Assembly (NCBI GenBank): GCA_964016885.1
Contig: OZ024740.1
Coordinates: forward strand, 126,790,001 to 126,854,000
Reading direction: 5' to 3'
From: Eledone cirrhosa
Taxonomy: Eukaryota
Length of the DNA: 64,000 nt
Of this stretch, positions 48,332 to 61,143 are shown piece after piece (position 1 is the stretch's first letter; each line of letters opens with the position of its first letter). A model generated the notes under the pieces. That model did not search any database. It had not been told where the DNA came from and saw nothing but the letters and a program-made list of their open reading frames with translations. The translations under genes and the position numbers were made by a program.

Positions 48332-49834
48332 ATGGGTTCAAGCGATTCCGCCCAAATTACTGATCTTGTGGGCCTCTTTCTCCTTTTCAACATAAATGCC
48401 TCCTTTCCCCACCTCAAAGGTGGTTTATATCGTGATGACTGTCTTCTTCTTTCTAACAACCTTAGCCTTTCAGAAATTGAAAAAAACAAAAAACATATTA
48501 GAACTTTCCTTAAAGACTATTATAATCTTCATATTACTTTTGAAAAAACAAGTAAAGTAGTAAATTTCCTAGATATAACTTTAGATTTAGCTACGGGTAT
48601 CTACCAACCTTACCATAAACCAAACCAAAACTTACATTACATACACTCACAATCTAATCACCCTAAATCTATCCTTAAAAACCTTGCATATAATATATCA
48701 CTTAGAATTTCTAACCTTTCTTCTAACCAAGATGTATTTGATAAAAATGCGACCTTCTATAACGAAGCTCTAGATAGAAGTGGCCACAAAAATAGATTAG
48801 AATATATACCTTCTACTAAAAATACTAAAAGCATACAACCTAATATTACCAACAAACACCAAATGAAAAGTACACACCTAAATGCCACCCACACTATACC
48901 CCAAAATACCAAATCTTCTAATATAAAATATAGTAACTCTCAAAAAACTACTCATCATACAACTCTAATAAATATTAATAATAAAACTCCTAATAAAAAA
49001 GATAAAACACCTAAATCTACAAATATAACTAAAAATGGTTGTGGTGAGATCATTAACATTAATCCTCCTAGTAAACATCACGATACAACCTATAAAAATA
49101 ATAAAAATAATAAACAACATAGAAACCGTAATAGACGGGTTACTTGGTATAATGCTCCATTTAATTTACAAATTAAGGATAATATTGCTAAAAAATTTTT
49201 TTATATCCTAGAGAAAAACTTCCCGCCAAACCACAAATACCATCAAATCTTAAATAGGTCTACAGTTAAATTCTCATACTCAACAACAAATAACATAAAA
49301 CAAAATATAAGTGCCTATAATGCATATAAATGTAAGAAAACCATAAGTATACCACCAGTACATCAAATTAACCATAATATCTCCTCAAATACAGAATTAA
49401 CGAAAGGTTGTAACTGTAGAAACAAAGCAAACTGCCCATTAAAAGGGAATTGTCTTCTTAACAACATAGTCTATAAATGTAATGTTAAAACTAAAGATTC
49501 TATTTGCTCATATATAGGAGCTACCTCTAACAATTTTAAGACAAGGTTTAATACCCACAAGCATAGTTTTAAAAATGCCGCACTGGCTAATACAACATCT
49601 CTAGCAGAAAAAATCAATAGTTATAAAAATAAGAATATAGAATATGATTTGACCTGGAGTGTGCTCAAAAGAGCCACCCCTTATCAAAATAATAGAAATG
49701 AATGTAGATTATGTTCCCAAGAACTATTTGAAATAATGAAATCTAAGGATATCCTATTAAATAAACGACAGGAATTAATTATATCGTGTAATCATAAACT
49801 AAAAAAAACATTTAAATATTATAAACCTAATTAA
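48332..49834 (+). pseudogene. 5'-truncated Naiad RT/GIY-YIG ORF (unit 1)
   Basis: Begins mid-RT at MGSSDSAQITDLVG; same peptide as the last 500 aa of unit 2. Confidence 0.92.
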
Positions 49835-50326
49835 TAACATTATTTTAGAAATTAATTTAATTTAAATGTTAGTTAACCTATAAATTTAATTTAATTAAAA
49901 TTCTACTACAGATGAGAATATAAAATATTGTGTAATCATAAATTGTGAAAAACCTTTAAATATTACTAATATATACTTAGTAATTTAATTTATAGATTAA
50001 TTTTAATTTATTTAAACCTTTTATTAAAATTCCTTTACAGATAAAATATAACAAAATATCGTGTATCCAATGACAGAGAAATAATTTTTAGTATTATAGA
50101 CCTAATTAATATACATTTTAGAAATATATTTATAATTTGGTTTTAAATTTAGTCAACCTAAAAATTTAATTTAATTGGCTTAAAATTAGTATCCTTATAC
50201 AGACGGATTGCAGAGTGTCATGTAATCATAGAATGGGATGTGTTTTGGATGTATACCTAGTTAATATATTCTTTGCAATTTTTGAAAAAATATGTATATG
50301 TATGTATGTATATGTATGTGTATGTA

Positions 50327-50391
<65 letters not shown>

Positions 50392-51384
50392 ATGTATATG
50401 TATATGTATATGTATTAATTTTGATTTCTATTTGCATATAATTATATTCTGCTATTGATAAAATACAATATCTGTTTTATTTATTATATACCTAATTAAC
50501 ATATACTATAGAAATTAATATATAATTTTTAATTTAGTTAACCTATAATTTATATTCTACTACCGATGTAATACTTTATTTGTTTTTTCCCTATTACTAA
50601 ATTCATTTCCTAATATTGATACCATAACGTTAATAACTTTAATTTAGTTATACTATAATTAATACTCTACTACTATTTAACTTCAAAATTCTGCTTCAAA
50701 TATTATAAACCTAACTAATTTACACCTTAGAAATCAATATGTTAACTATCTTTAGTTTAGTTAACATATAATTAATGGTATACTTATTTTGAAATGCATA
50801 ATTTTGCCTTATTTCTTGTATTTCCTAACACTGAAACTATGTAAAAACATATATTGGGATCCAGATACAGATAATATTCTATGTTTCTTGAAACATATAT
50901 TTACTATAATCCCCTTCTCCAACCCCCCCTTTCCCCCATACTATTATCATCTGTGTTTGTAAGCGTGTATGTATGAATATATATGTAGGTAGGTGTATAT
51001 ATGTTTGGGTATTTATATCTGAATATAAAAATACATATATGCGCATGCAAATAAGAATGAAAGATTGTGTGTATATATATGTGTGTATATATATATATAT
51101 GTGTATATATGCATGTGTATATATATGTGTATATGTATATATATATATATATGTATACGTGTATATGTGTGTGGACGTGTATGTGTGTGTGTATATATAT
51201 ATATATATATGTGTGTATGTATGTATATATATATATGTGTATATATATGTATGTCTCTCTATATATATGTCTATCTTCGTATCTATGTGGGTATATGTGT
51301 GTATGTACATGTATGCACATGTATATATTTATGTGTATATGTGTGTATGTGTATATATGTACGTGTGCGCACATATATATGTGA

Positions 51385-51420
<36 letters not shown>

Positions 51421-51453
51421 GTATATCTATGTGTGTATATATGTCTATATTCG

Positions 51454-51484
<31 letters not shown>

Positions 51485-52039
51485 TATTTATTATTATAAT
51501 ATAACTTATGTGTATGTGTGTATATGTGAGGGTGTGTATATGTATATATATGTATATATATATGTAAAAATATATATGTGTATGTGTGTTTTTTGTGTGT
51601 GTGTGTATATATATGTATGTATATATGTGTGTATGTGTGTGTTTGTATGTGTGTTTATGGTTATATGTGTGTGTGGGTGTATATATATAAATGTATGTGT
51701 ATATATATATATATATGTGTATATGTATCTCTATTAATGTGTGTATATATGTATATGTATATACCTTTTTCTTTGTATGTCTGAGTTGTGTGAGAGTGTA
51801 GTGGTGTTTGTATGTATATACGCATATATGGATGCGTATGTATTTGTATATATGAGTATATGTAAGTGCGTATGTATGTATGAATATATATCTATGTCTA
51901 TGTATGAGTATATATGTGTGTGTATGTATGTTGTGTGTGTATGTATGTATGTGTCTATGTGTGTATGTATATATATATGTGTGTATATGTATGTATGTAT
52001 GTGTATGTATGTACATATATGTCTATGTGTATGTGTATG

Positions 52040-52073
<34 letters not shown>

Positions 52074-52078
<5 letters not shown>

Positions 52079-52446
52079 AGATTTGAATGGATACAGTTTA
52101 GTTGAAAGGAATTTATTGACACGTGTTTCTATAACAGTTACATAACCTAAAACAGCTATCTACAAACTTTTAGTTATGCAGACATTCAATATTTCAATGT
52201 TATTGTTTACTGTCATTTCATCAATGTCTGCATAACTAAAAGTTTGTAGATAGCTGTTTTAGGTTATGTAACTGTTATAGAAACACGTGTCAATAAATTC
52301 CTTTCAACTAAACTGTATCCATTCAAATCTTTCTATTTTTCTCCGGATTACTTTTGGAACTACAACTGGAACCGTCGAGCAAACTCTACGTGAGCTGATA
52401 ATCTACTGTGTGTAATATTTATATTACAACACAACGGAAAAAACTG
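52074..52446 (+). mobile_element. 373-bp fold-back insertion (mini PLE pseudo-LTR) in (TA)n of the Naiad 3' UTR
   Basis: Perfect 113-bp arms 52074-52186 / 52223-52335 with a 36-nt loop; absent from the inverted copy near 46970-47005. Confidence 0.85.
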
Positions 52447-52908
52447 TATATATATATATATATATATATATATCTTTATTTTATATATATGTGTGTGTGT
52501 GTATGTGTGTGTGTGTATATATATCTTTATATATGTGTATGTGTATGTTCGTGTAGGTGTATGTGTGTGTATGACTATATATGTATGTGTGTATGTGTGT
52601 ATGTATGTATATGTATGTGTGTGTACATGTATGTATGTGTATGTGTATATATATGTGTGTATATGTGTATGTATATATATATATATATATGTGTATATAT
52701 ATATATATATGTATATGTATCTCTATTTGTATGTGTATATGTGTATAGGTATATACCTTTTTCTTTGTATGTCTGAGTTGTGTGAGAGTGTAGTGGTGTT
52801 TGTATGTATATACCGATATATGGATGCGTAAGTATTTGTGTGTATGTATATGTGCGTGTATGTGTATATATATGTGTGTCTATATATGTATGTGTGATTA
52901 TATGTGTA

Positions 52909-52949
<41 letters not shown>

Positions 52950-53031
52950 GTATGTGTGTATATGTGTGCATGTGTGTATATGTATATGTTTATATATGTG
53001 TGTGTATGTGTGTTCTAAGTGTAGATGTGTG

Positions 53032-53114
<83 letters not shown>

Positions 53115-53741
53115 TTTCTTGATATATTTCTTTTTTCTTTTTTCTTTTTCTTTTTCTTTTCTTTCCTTTTTAATTTTTATTTTTTATTTCTTAGTTTATA
53201 GATACATCTATAAATAAGCAGTCTGCCCAAACCGTTGAATACTGACCTCTCCCCCCCTCCCACCTAATTTCTGTATCTTGATCTAAATGTGTGTGGCAGT
53301 GTTTATGTGAGTGAATTAATATCCATGTGCTTATGATAATATTATATCCACATATATATATGTGTGTGGGGGTGTGTGTGTGTATGTATGTTCGTAATTA
53401 TGTGTATGTTTATGCATATACGCGCGCGTGTGTGTGAGTGTACGGATATGTGTGAGTATGAGAATATGTGTATACACTTATTTCATATTTATGTGTCTAT
53501 ACGCATCTTATCTGTGCATTATAAACTTACAGAGACATTAACCTTGAAATTTTGTATTTGCATGCATCTTTTTGGCATGCGTATGCATGTTGAGCATACA
53601 TCTTTGTATAAATATGTGTACGGGGTAGTTACATGTATATACACACACCAAACTGCATAAAACCTTTTGTATTTTCATTGGTCAATTTTGTTCCCAAACG
53701 GACCTGAAATTTTGAATTGTTGTTATTATCAATAAATATAT

Positions 53742-53896
53742 TTCATTATTTCTGAAGACGGCGTATATGTGTGTTTGGTATGTATATTTAATCTTGATAG
53801 TTTGTATAATTTTGTATAATTTTGTACATAGATCTGTTGAATATGCATGCCAATTCTAACACATATATATCCTAGAAACGATCGTTAAATAATGAA
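53742..53896 (+). ncRNA. Type I hammerhead motif with ~116-nt stem II
   Basis: TTCATTATTT-CTGAAGA-[CGGCGTATATGTGT...ACACATATATATCCTA]-GAAAC-GATC-GT-T-AAATAATGAA: perfect 10-bp stem I, palindromic stem III. Confidence 0.7.
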
Positions 53897-54246
53897 CTTT
53901 TTTTGTTTAATATAAGGAACTGTTTCATTGTTTTATTCATTATTTGTTTAATATTTTATCTTGACTCTGTATACCGTTTATCTTTCACCGAAAGTGATTT
54001 TTCATTACATCTCTTCTTTCCATGATATCCGGAATACATTGAGTTCTTCATACGGATTGGACACTACCGTAAACTCTTGGTAGATTTATCTACATAATTT
54101 TGCTCCTATTTTCACGGAAATATTCGTATTTTTGTACTGTATGTGTGTATTAATTTTATATTTATGTATATACATATATATGTATGATTTTATAAACCCA
54201 TATACATTTAGTTGAGCTCTTTCAATTGTCCATCATCCATATCACA

Positions 54247-56689
54247 ATGGAAAAACAATATTTGGGAACCTCTTTAAAAAACATACCAATACCTTCTAAG
54301 GATGACTTCTTACTCCTTATGATTCAAAAAACTAATAATTTTATCAGAAGGGTTAGATGGAGAGCCTACCACTTCGATAAAAAATCTAAACAAGCAGATC
54401 GGAAATATATGTATGATTTCAATACTTACAAGAATCCACCACACAACTTTTTACTTGAAGACTTCGAGAAAGACCTTTTTAATTTAATTAAACACCTCAA
54501 ATTTAAAAAGTATAAATCCGTCTTTCAAAAGGACCTTGATTCTACCCTATTGGACCTAAAAAAGTCTAAAAAAATCCATGTCCACTCGGACAAAACTGGT
54601 AACTTGTATCATATGGATATTGAACATTATAATGAGTTCATATATAAAGGACTCAGAAAAAATTATAAAAAATCTAATAATGCGTCACTCACCAACATCA
54701 ACAACAAAACACACAACATAGTAAAAAAAACTAAACATTGAAGATAGAACTGAACCTTTGGCATTGAAAAGACCACACTTCAACCTGAAGGATCATAAAT
54801 CAAACTTTAACTCAAATCCTTCTATTAGACTTATATGTCCCTCCAAATCAGATATTGGAATAATTAGCAAAAAAATTTTGGATAGAGTCATCCCACAAAT
54901 AAGAAAACACGTTATTTTACCACTCTGGGAAAACACCTCCCAGGTAATTAACTGGTTTAAAAATATTAGATGTAAATCTTCTGCTTCATTTCTACAATTT
55001 GATATAGATAATTACTATTCTTCTATATCACCTATACTCCTGAACAAAGCATTGATATTTGCTAAAAATAGATCTAACTTAACTTTGGATGACATTAATA
55101 TTATTACACATGCTAGACTAACACTTATTGAATTTCAGAATGAATACTGGACCAGAAACACATATAGTAATCTATTTGATATTACTATGGGTTCAAGCGA
55201 TTCCGCCCAAATTACTGATCTTGTGGGCCTCTTTCTCCTTTTCAACATAAATGCCTCCTTTCCCCACCTCAAAGGTGGTTTATATCGTGATGACTGTCTT
55301 CTTCTTTCTAACAACCTTAGCCTTTCAGAAATTGAAAAAAACAAAAAACATATTAGAACTTTCCTTAAAGACTATTATAATCTTCATATTACTTTTGAAA
55401 AAACAAGTAAAGTAGTAAATTTCCTAGATATAACTTTAGATTTAGCTACGGGTATCTACCAACCTTACCATAAACCAAACCAAAACTTACATTACATACA
55501 CTCACAATCTAATCACCCTAAATCTATCCTTAAAAACCTTGCATATAATATATCACTTAGAATTTCTAACCTTTCTTCTAACCAAGATGTATTTGATAAA
55601 AATGCGACCTTCTATAACGAAGCTCTAGATAGAAGTGGCCACAAAAATAGATTAGAATATATACCTTCTACTAAAAATACTAAAAGCATACAACCTAATA
55701 TTACCAACAAACACCAAATGAAAAGTACACACCTAAATGCCACCCACACTATACCCCAAAATACCAAATCTTCTAATATAAAATATAGTAACTCTCAAAA
55801 AACTACTCATCATACAACTCTAATAAATATTAATAATAAAACTCCTAATAAAAAAGATAAAACACCTAAATCTACAAATATAACTAAAAATGGTTGTGGT
55901 GAGATCATTAACATTAATCCTCCTAGTAAACATCACGATACAACCTATAAAAATAATAAAAATAATAAACAACATAGAAACCGTAATAGACGGGTTACTT
56001 GGTATAATGCTCCATTTAATTTACAAATTAAGGATAATATTGCTAAAAAATTTTTTTATATCCTAGAGAAAAACTTCCCGCCAAACCACAAATACCATCA
56101 AATCTTAAATAGGTCTACAGTTAAATTCTCATACTCAACAACAAATAACATAAAACAAAATATAAGTGCCTATAATGCATATAAATGTAAGAAAACCATA
56201 AGTATACCACCAGTACATCAAATTAACCATAATATCTCCTCAAATACAGAATTAACGAAAGGTTGTAACTGTAGAAACAAAGCAAACTGCCCATTAAAAG
56301 GGAATTGTCTTCTTAACAACATAGTCTATAAATGTAATGTTAAAACTAAAGATTCTATTTGCTCATATATAGGAGCTACCTCTAACAATTTTAAGACAAG
56401 GTTTAATACCCACAAGCATAGTTTTAAAAATGCCGCACTGGCTAATACAACATCTCTAGCAGAAAAAATCAATAGTTATAAAAATAAGAATATAGAATAT
56501 GATTTGACCTGGAGTGTGCTCAAAAGAGCCACCCCTTATCAAAATAATAGAAATGAATGTAGATTATGTTCCCAAGAACTATTTGAAATAATGAAATCTA
56601 AGGATATCCTATTAAATAAACGACAGGAATTAATTATATCGTGTAATCATAAACTAAAAAAAACATTTAAATATTATAAACCTAATTAA
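54247..56689 (+). CDS. Naiad PLE RT + GIY-YIG endonuclease (unit 2), one frameshift at A8 run 54723-54730
   Basis: SLKNIPIP..FIRRVRWRA; LKDHK, RLICPSKSDIG, FDIDNYYSSI, GLYRDD, FLDITL, SNHP, WYNAPF, CNCR..CPLKGNCL, IVY..YIG, CRLC, LNKRQE..CNH. Removing one A gives 813 aa. Confidence 0.9.
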
Positions 56690-57181
56690 TAACATTATTT
56701 TAGAAATTAATTTAATTTAAATGTTAGTTAACCTATAAATTTAATTTAATTAAAATTCTACTACAGATGAGAATATAAAATATTGTGTAATCATAAATTG
56801 TGAAAAACCTTTAAATATTACTAATATATACTTAGTAATTTAATTTATAGATTAATTTTAATTTATTTAAACCTTTTATTAAAATTCCTTTACAGATAAA
56901 ATATAACAAAATATCGTGTATCCAATGACAGAGAAATAATTTTTAGTATTATAGACCTAATTAATATACATTTTAGAAATATATTTATAATTTGGTTTTA
57001 AATTTAGTCAACCTAAAAATTTAATTTAATTGGCTTAAAATTAGTATCCTTATACAGACGGATTGCAGAGTGTCATGTAATCATAGAATGGGATGTGTTT
57101 TGGATGTATACCTAGTTAATATATTCTTTGCAATTTTTGAAAAAATATGTATATGTATGTATGTATATGTATGTGTATGTA

Positions 57182-57286
<105 letters not shown>

Positions 57287-58279
57287 ATGTATATGTATAT
57301 GTATATGTATTAATTTTGATTTCTATTTGCATATAATTATATTCTGCTATTGATAAAATACAATATCTGTTTTATTTATTATATACCTAATTAACATATA
57401 CTATAGAAATTAATATATAATTTTTAATTTAGTTAACCTATAATTTATATTCTACTACCGATGTAATACTTTATTTGTTTTTTCCCTATTACTAAATTCA
57501 TTTCCTAATATTGATACCATAACGTTAATAACTTTAATTTAGTTATACTATAATTAATACTCTACTACTATTTAACTTCAAAATTCTGCTTCAAATATTA
57601 TAAACCTAACTAATTTACACCTTAGAAATCAATATGTTAACTATCTTTAGTTTAGTTAACATATAATTAATGGTATACTTATTTTGAAATGCATAATTTT
57701 GCCTTATTTCTTGTATTTCCTAACACTGAAACTATGTAAAAACATATATTGGGATCCAGATACAGATAATATTCTATGTTTCTTGAAACATATATTTACT
57801 ATAATCCCCTTCTCCAACCCCCCCTTTCCCCCATACTATTATCATCTGTGTTTGTAAGCGTGTATGTATGAATATATATGTAGGTAGGTGTATATATGTT
57901 TGGGTATTTATATCTGAATATAAAAATACATATATGCGCATGCAAATAAGAATGTAAGATTGTGTGTATATATATGTGTGTATATATATATATATGTGTA
58001 TATATGCATGTGTATATATATGTGTATATGTATATATATATATATATGTATACGTGTATATGTGTGTGGGCGTGTATGTGTGTGTGTATATATATATATA
58101 TATATGTGTGTATGTATGTATATATATATATGTGTATATATATGTATGTCTCTCTATATATATGTCTATCTTCGTATCTATGTGGGTATATGTGTGTATG
58201 TACATGTATGCACATGTATATATTTATGTGTATATGTGTGTATGTGTATATATGTACGTGTGCGCACATATATATGTGA

Positions 58280-58315
<36 letters not shown>

Positions 58316-58348
58316 GTATATCTATGTGTGTATATATGTCTATATTCG

Positions 58349-58387
<39 letters not shown>

Positions 58388-58938
58388 TATTATTATAATA
58401 TAACTTATGTGTATGTGTGTATATGTGAGGGTGTGTATATGTATATATATGTATATATATATGTAAAAATATATATGTGTATGTGTGTTTTTTGTGTGTG
58501 TGTGTATATATATGTATGTATATATGTGTGTATGTGTGTGTTTGTATGTGTGTTTATGGTTATATGTGTGTGTGGGTGTATATATATAAATGTATGTGTA
58601 TATATATATATATATGTGTATATGTATCTCTATTAATGTGTGTATATATGTATATGTATATACCTTTTTCTTTGTATGTCTGAGTTGTGTGAGAGTGTAG
58701 TGGTGTTTGTATGTATATACGCATATATGGATGCGTATGTATTTGTATATATGAGTATATGTAAGTGCGTATGTATGTATGAATATATATCTATGTCTAT
58801 GTATGAGTATATATGTGTGTGTATGTATGTTGTGTGTGTATGTATGTATGTGTCTATGTGTGTATGTATATATATATGTGTGTATATGTATGTATGTATG
58901 TGTATGTATGTACATATATGTCTATGTATATGTGTATG

Positions 58939-58972
<34 letters not shown>

Positions 58973-58977
<5 letters not shown>

Positions 58978-59345
58978 AGATTTGAATGGATACAGTTTAG
59001 TTGAAAGGAATTTATTGACACGTGTTTCTATAACAGTTACATAACCTAAAACAGCTATCTACAAACTTTTAGTTATGCAGACATTCAATATTTCAATGTT
59101 ATTGTTTACTGTCATTTCATCAATGTCTGCATAACTAAAAGTTTGTAGATAGCTGTTTTAGGTTATGTAACTGTTATAGAAACACGTGTCAATAAATTCC
59201 TTTCAACTAAACTGTATCCATTCAAATCTTTCTATTTTTCTCCGGATTACTTTTGGAACTACAACTGGAACCGTCGAGCAAACTCTACGTGAGCTGATAA
59301 TCTACTGTGTGTAATATTTATATTACAACACAACGGAAAAAACTG
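58973..59345 (+). mobile_element. Second copy of the 373-bp fold-back insertion
   Basis: Same sequence and site as 52074-52446. Confidence 0.85.
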
Positions 59346-59805
59346 TATATATATATATATATATATATATCTTTATTTTATATATATATGTGTGTGTGTA
59401 TGTGTGTGTGTGTATATATATCTTTATATATGTGTATGTGTATGTTCGTGTAGGTGTATGTGTGTGTATGACTATATATGTATGTGTGTATGTGTGTATG
59501 TATGTATATGTATGTGTGTGTACATGTATGTATGTGTATGTGTATATATATGTGTGTATATGTGTATGTATATATATATATATATATGTGTATATATATA
59601 TATATATGTATATGTATCTCTATTTGTATGTGTATATGTGTATAGGTATATACCTTTTTCTTTGTATGTCTGAGTTGTGTGAGAGTGTAGTGGTGTTTGT
59701 ATGTATATACCGATATATGGATGCGTAAGTATTTGTGTGTATGTATATGTGCGTGTATGTGTATATATATGTGTGTCTATATAAGTATGTGTGATTATAT
59801 GTGTA

Positions 59806-59838
<33 letters not shown>

Positions 59839-59926
59839 TTATATGTATGTGTGTATATGTGTGCATGTGTGTATATGTATATGTTTATATATGTGTGTGT
59901 ATGTGTGTTCTAAGTGTAGATGTGTG

Positions 59927-60011
<85 letters not shown>

Positions 60012-60638
60012 TTTCTTGATATATTTCTTTTTTCTTTTTTCTTTTTCTTTTTCTTTTCTTTCCTTTTTAATTTTTATTTTTTATTTCTTAGTTTATAGAT
60101 ACATCTATAAATAAGCAGTCTGCCCAAACCGTTGAATACTGACCTCTCCCCCCCTCCCACCTAATTTCTGTATCTTGATCTAAATGTGTGTGGCAGTGTT
60201 TATGTGAGTGAATTAATATCCATGTGCTTATGATAATATTATATCCACATATATATATGTGTGTGGGGGTGTGTGTGTGTATGTATGTTCGTAATTATGT
60301 GTATGTTTATGCATATACGCGCGCGTGTGTGTGAGTGTACGGATATGTGTGAGTATGAGAATATGTGTATACACTTATTTCATATTTATGTGTCTATACG
60401 CATCTTATCTGTGCATTATAAACTTACAGAGACATTAACCTTGAAATTTTGTATTTGCATGCATCTTTTTGGCATGCGTATGCATGTTGAGCATACATCT
60501 TTGTATAAATATGTGTACGGGGTAGTTACATGTATATACACACACCAAACTGCATAAAACCTTTTGTATTTTCATTGGTCAATTTTGTTCCCAAACGGAC
60601 CTGAAATTTTGAATTGTTGTTATTATCAATAAATATAT

Positions 60639-60793
60639 TTCATTATTTCTGAAGACGGCGTATATGTGTGTTTGGTATGTATATTTAATCTTGATAGTTT
60701 GTATAATTTTGTATAATTTTGTACATAGATCTGTTGAATATGCATGCCAATTCTAACACATATATATCCTAGAAACGATCGTTAAATAATGAA
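60639..60793 (+). ncRNA. Type I hammerhead motif with extended stem II (unit 2 3' UTR)
   Basis: Same sequence as 53742-53896. Confidence 0.7.
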
Positions 60794-61143
60794 CTTTTTT
60801 TGTTTAATATAAGGAACTGTTTCATTGTTTTATTCATTATTTGTTTAATATTTTATCTTGACTCTGTATACCGTTTATCTTTCACCGAAAGTGATTTTTC
60901 ATTACATCTCTTCTTTCCATGATATCCGGAATACATTGAGTTCTTCATACGGATTGGACACTACCGTAAACTCTTGGTAGATTTATCTACATAATTTTGC
61001 TCCTATTTTCACGGAAATATTCGTATTTTTGTACTGTATGTGTGTATTAATTTTATATTTATGTATATACATATATATGTATGATTTTATAAACCCATAT
61101 ACATTTAGTTGAGCTCTTTCAATTGTCCATCATCCATATCACA

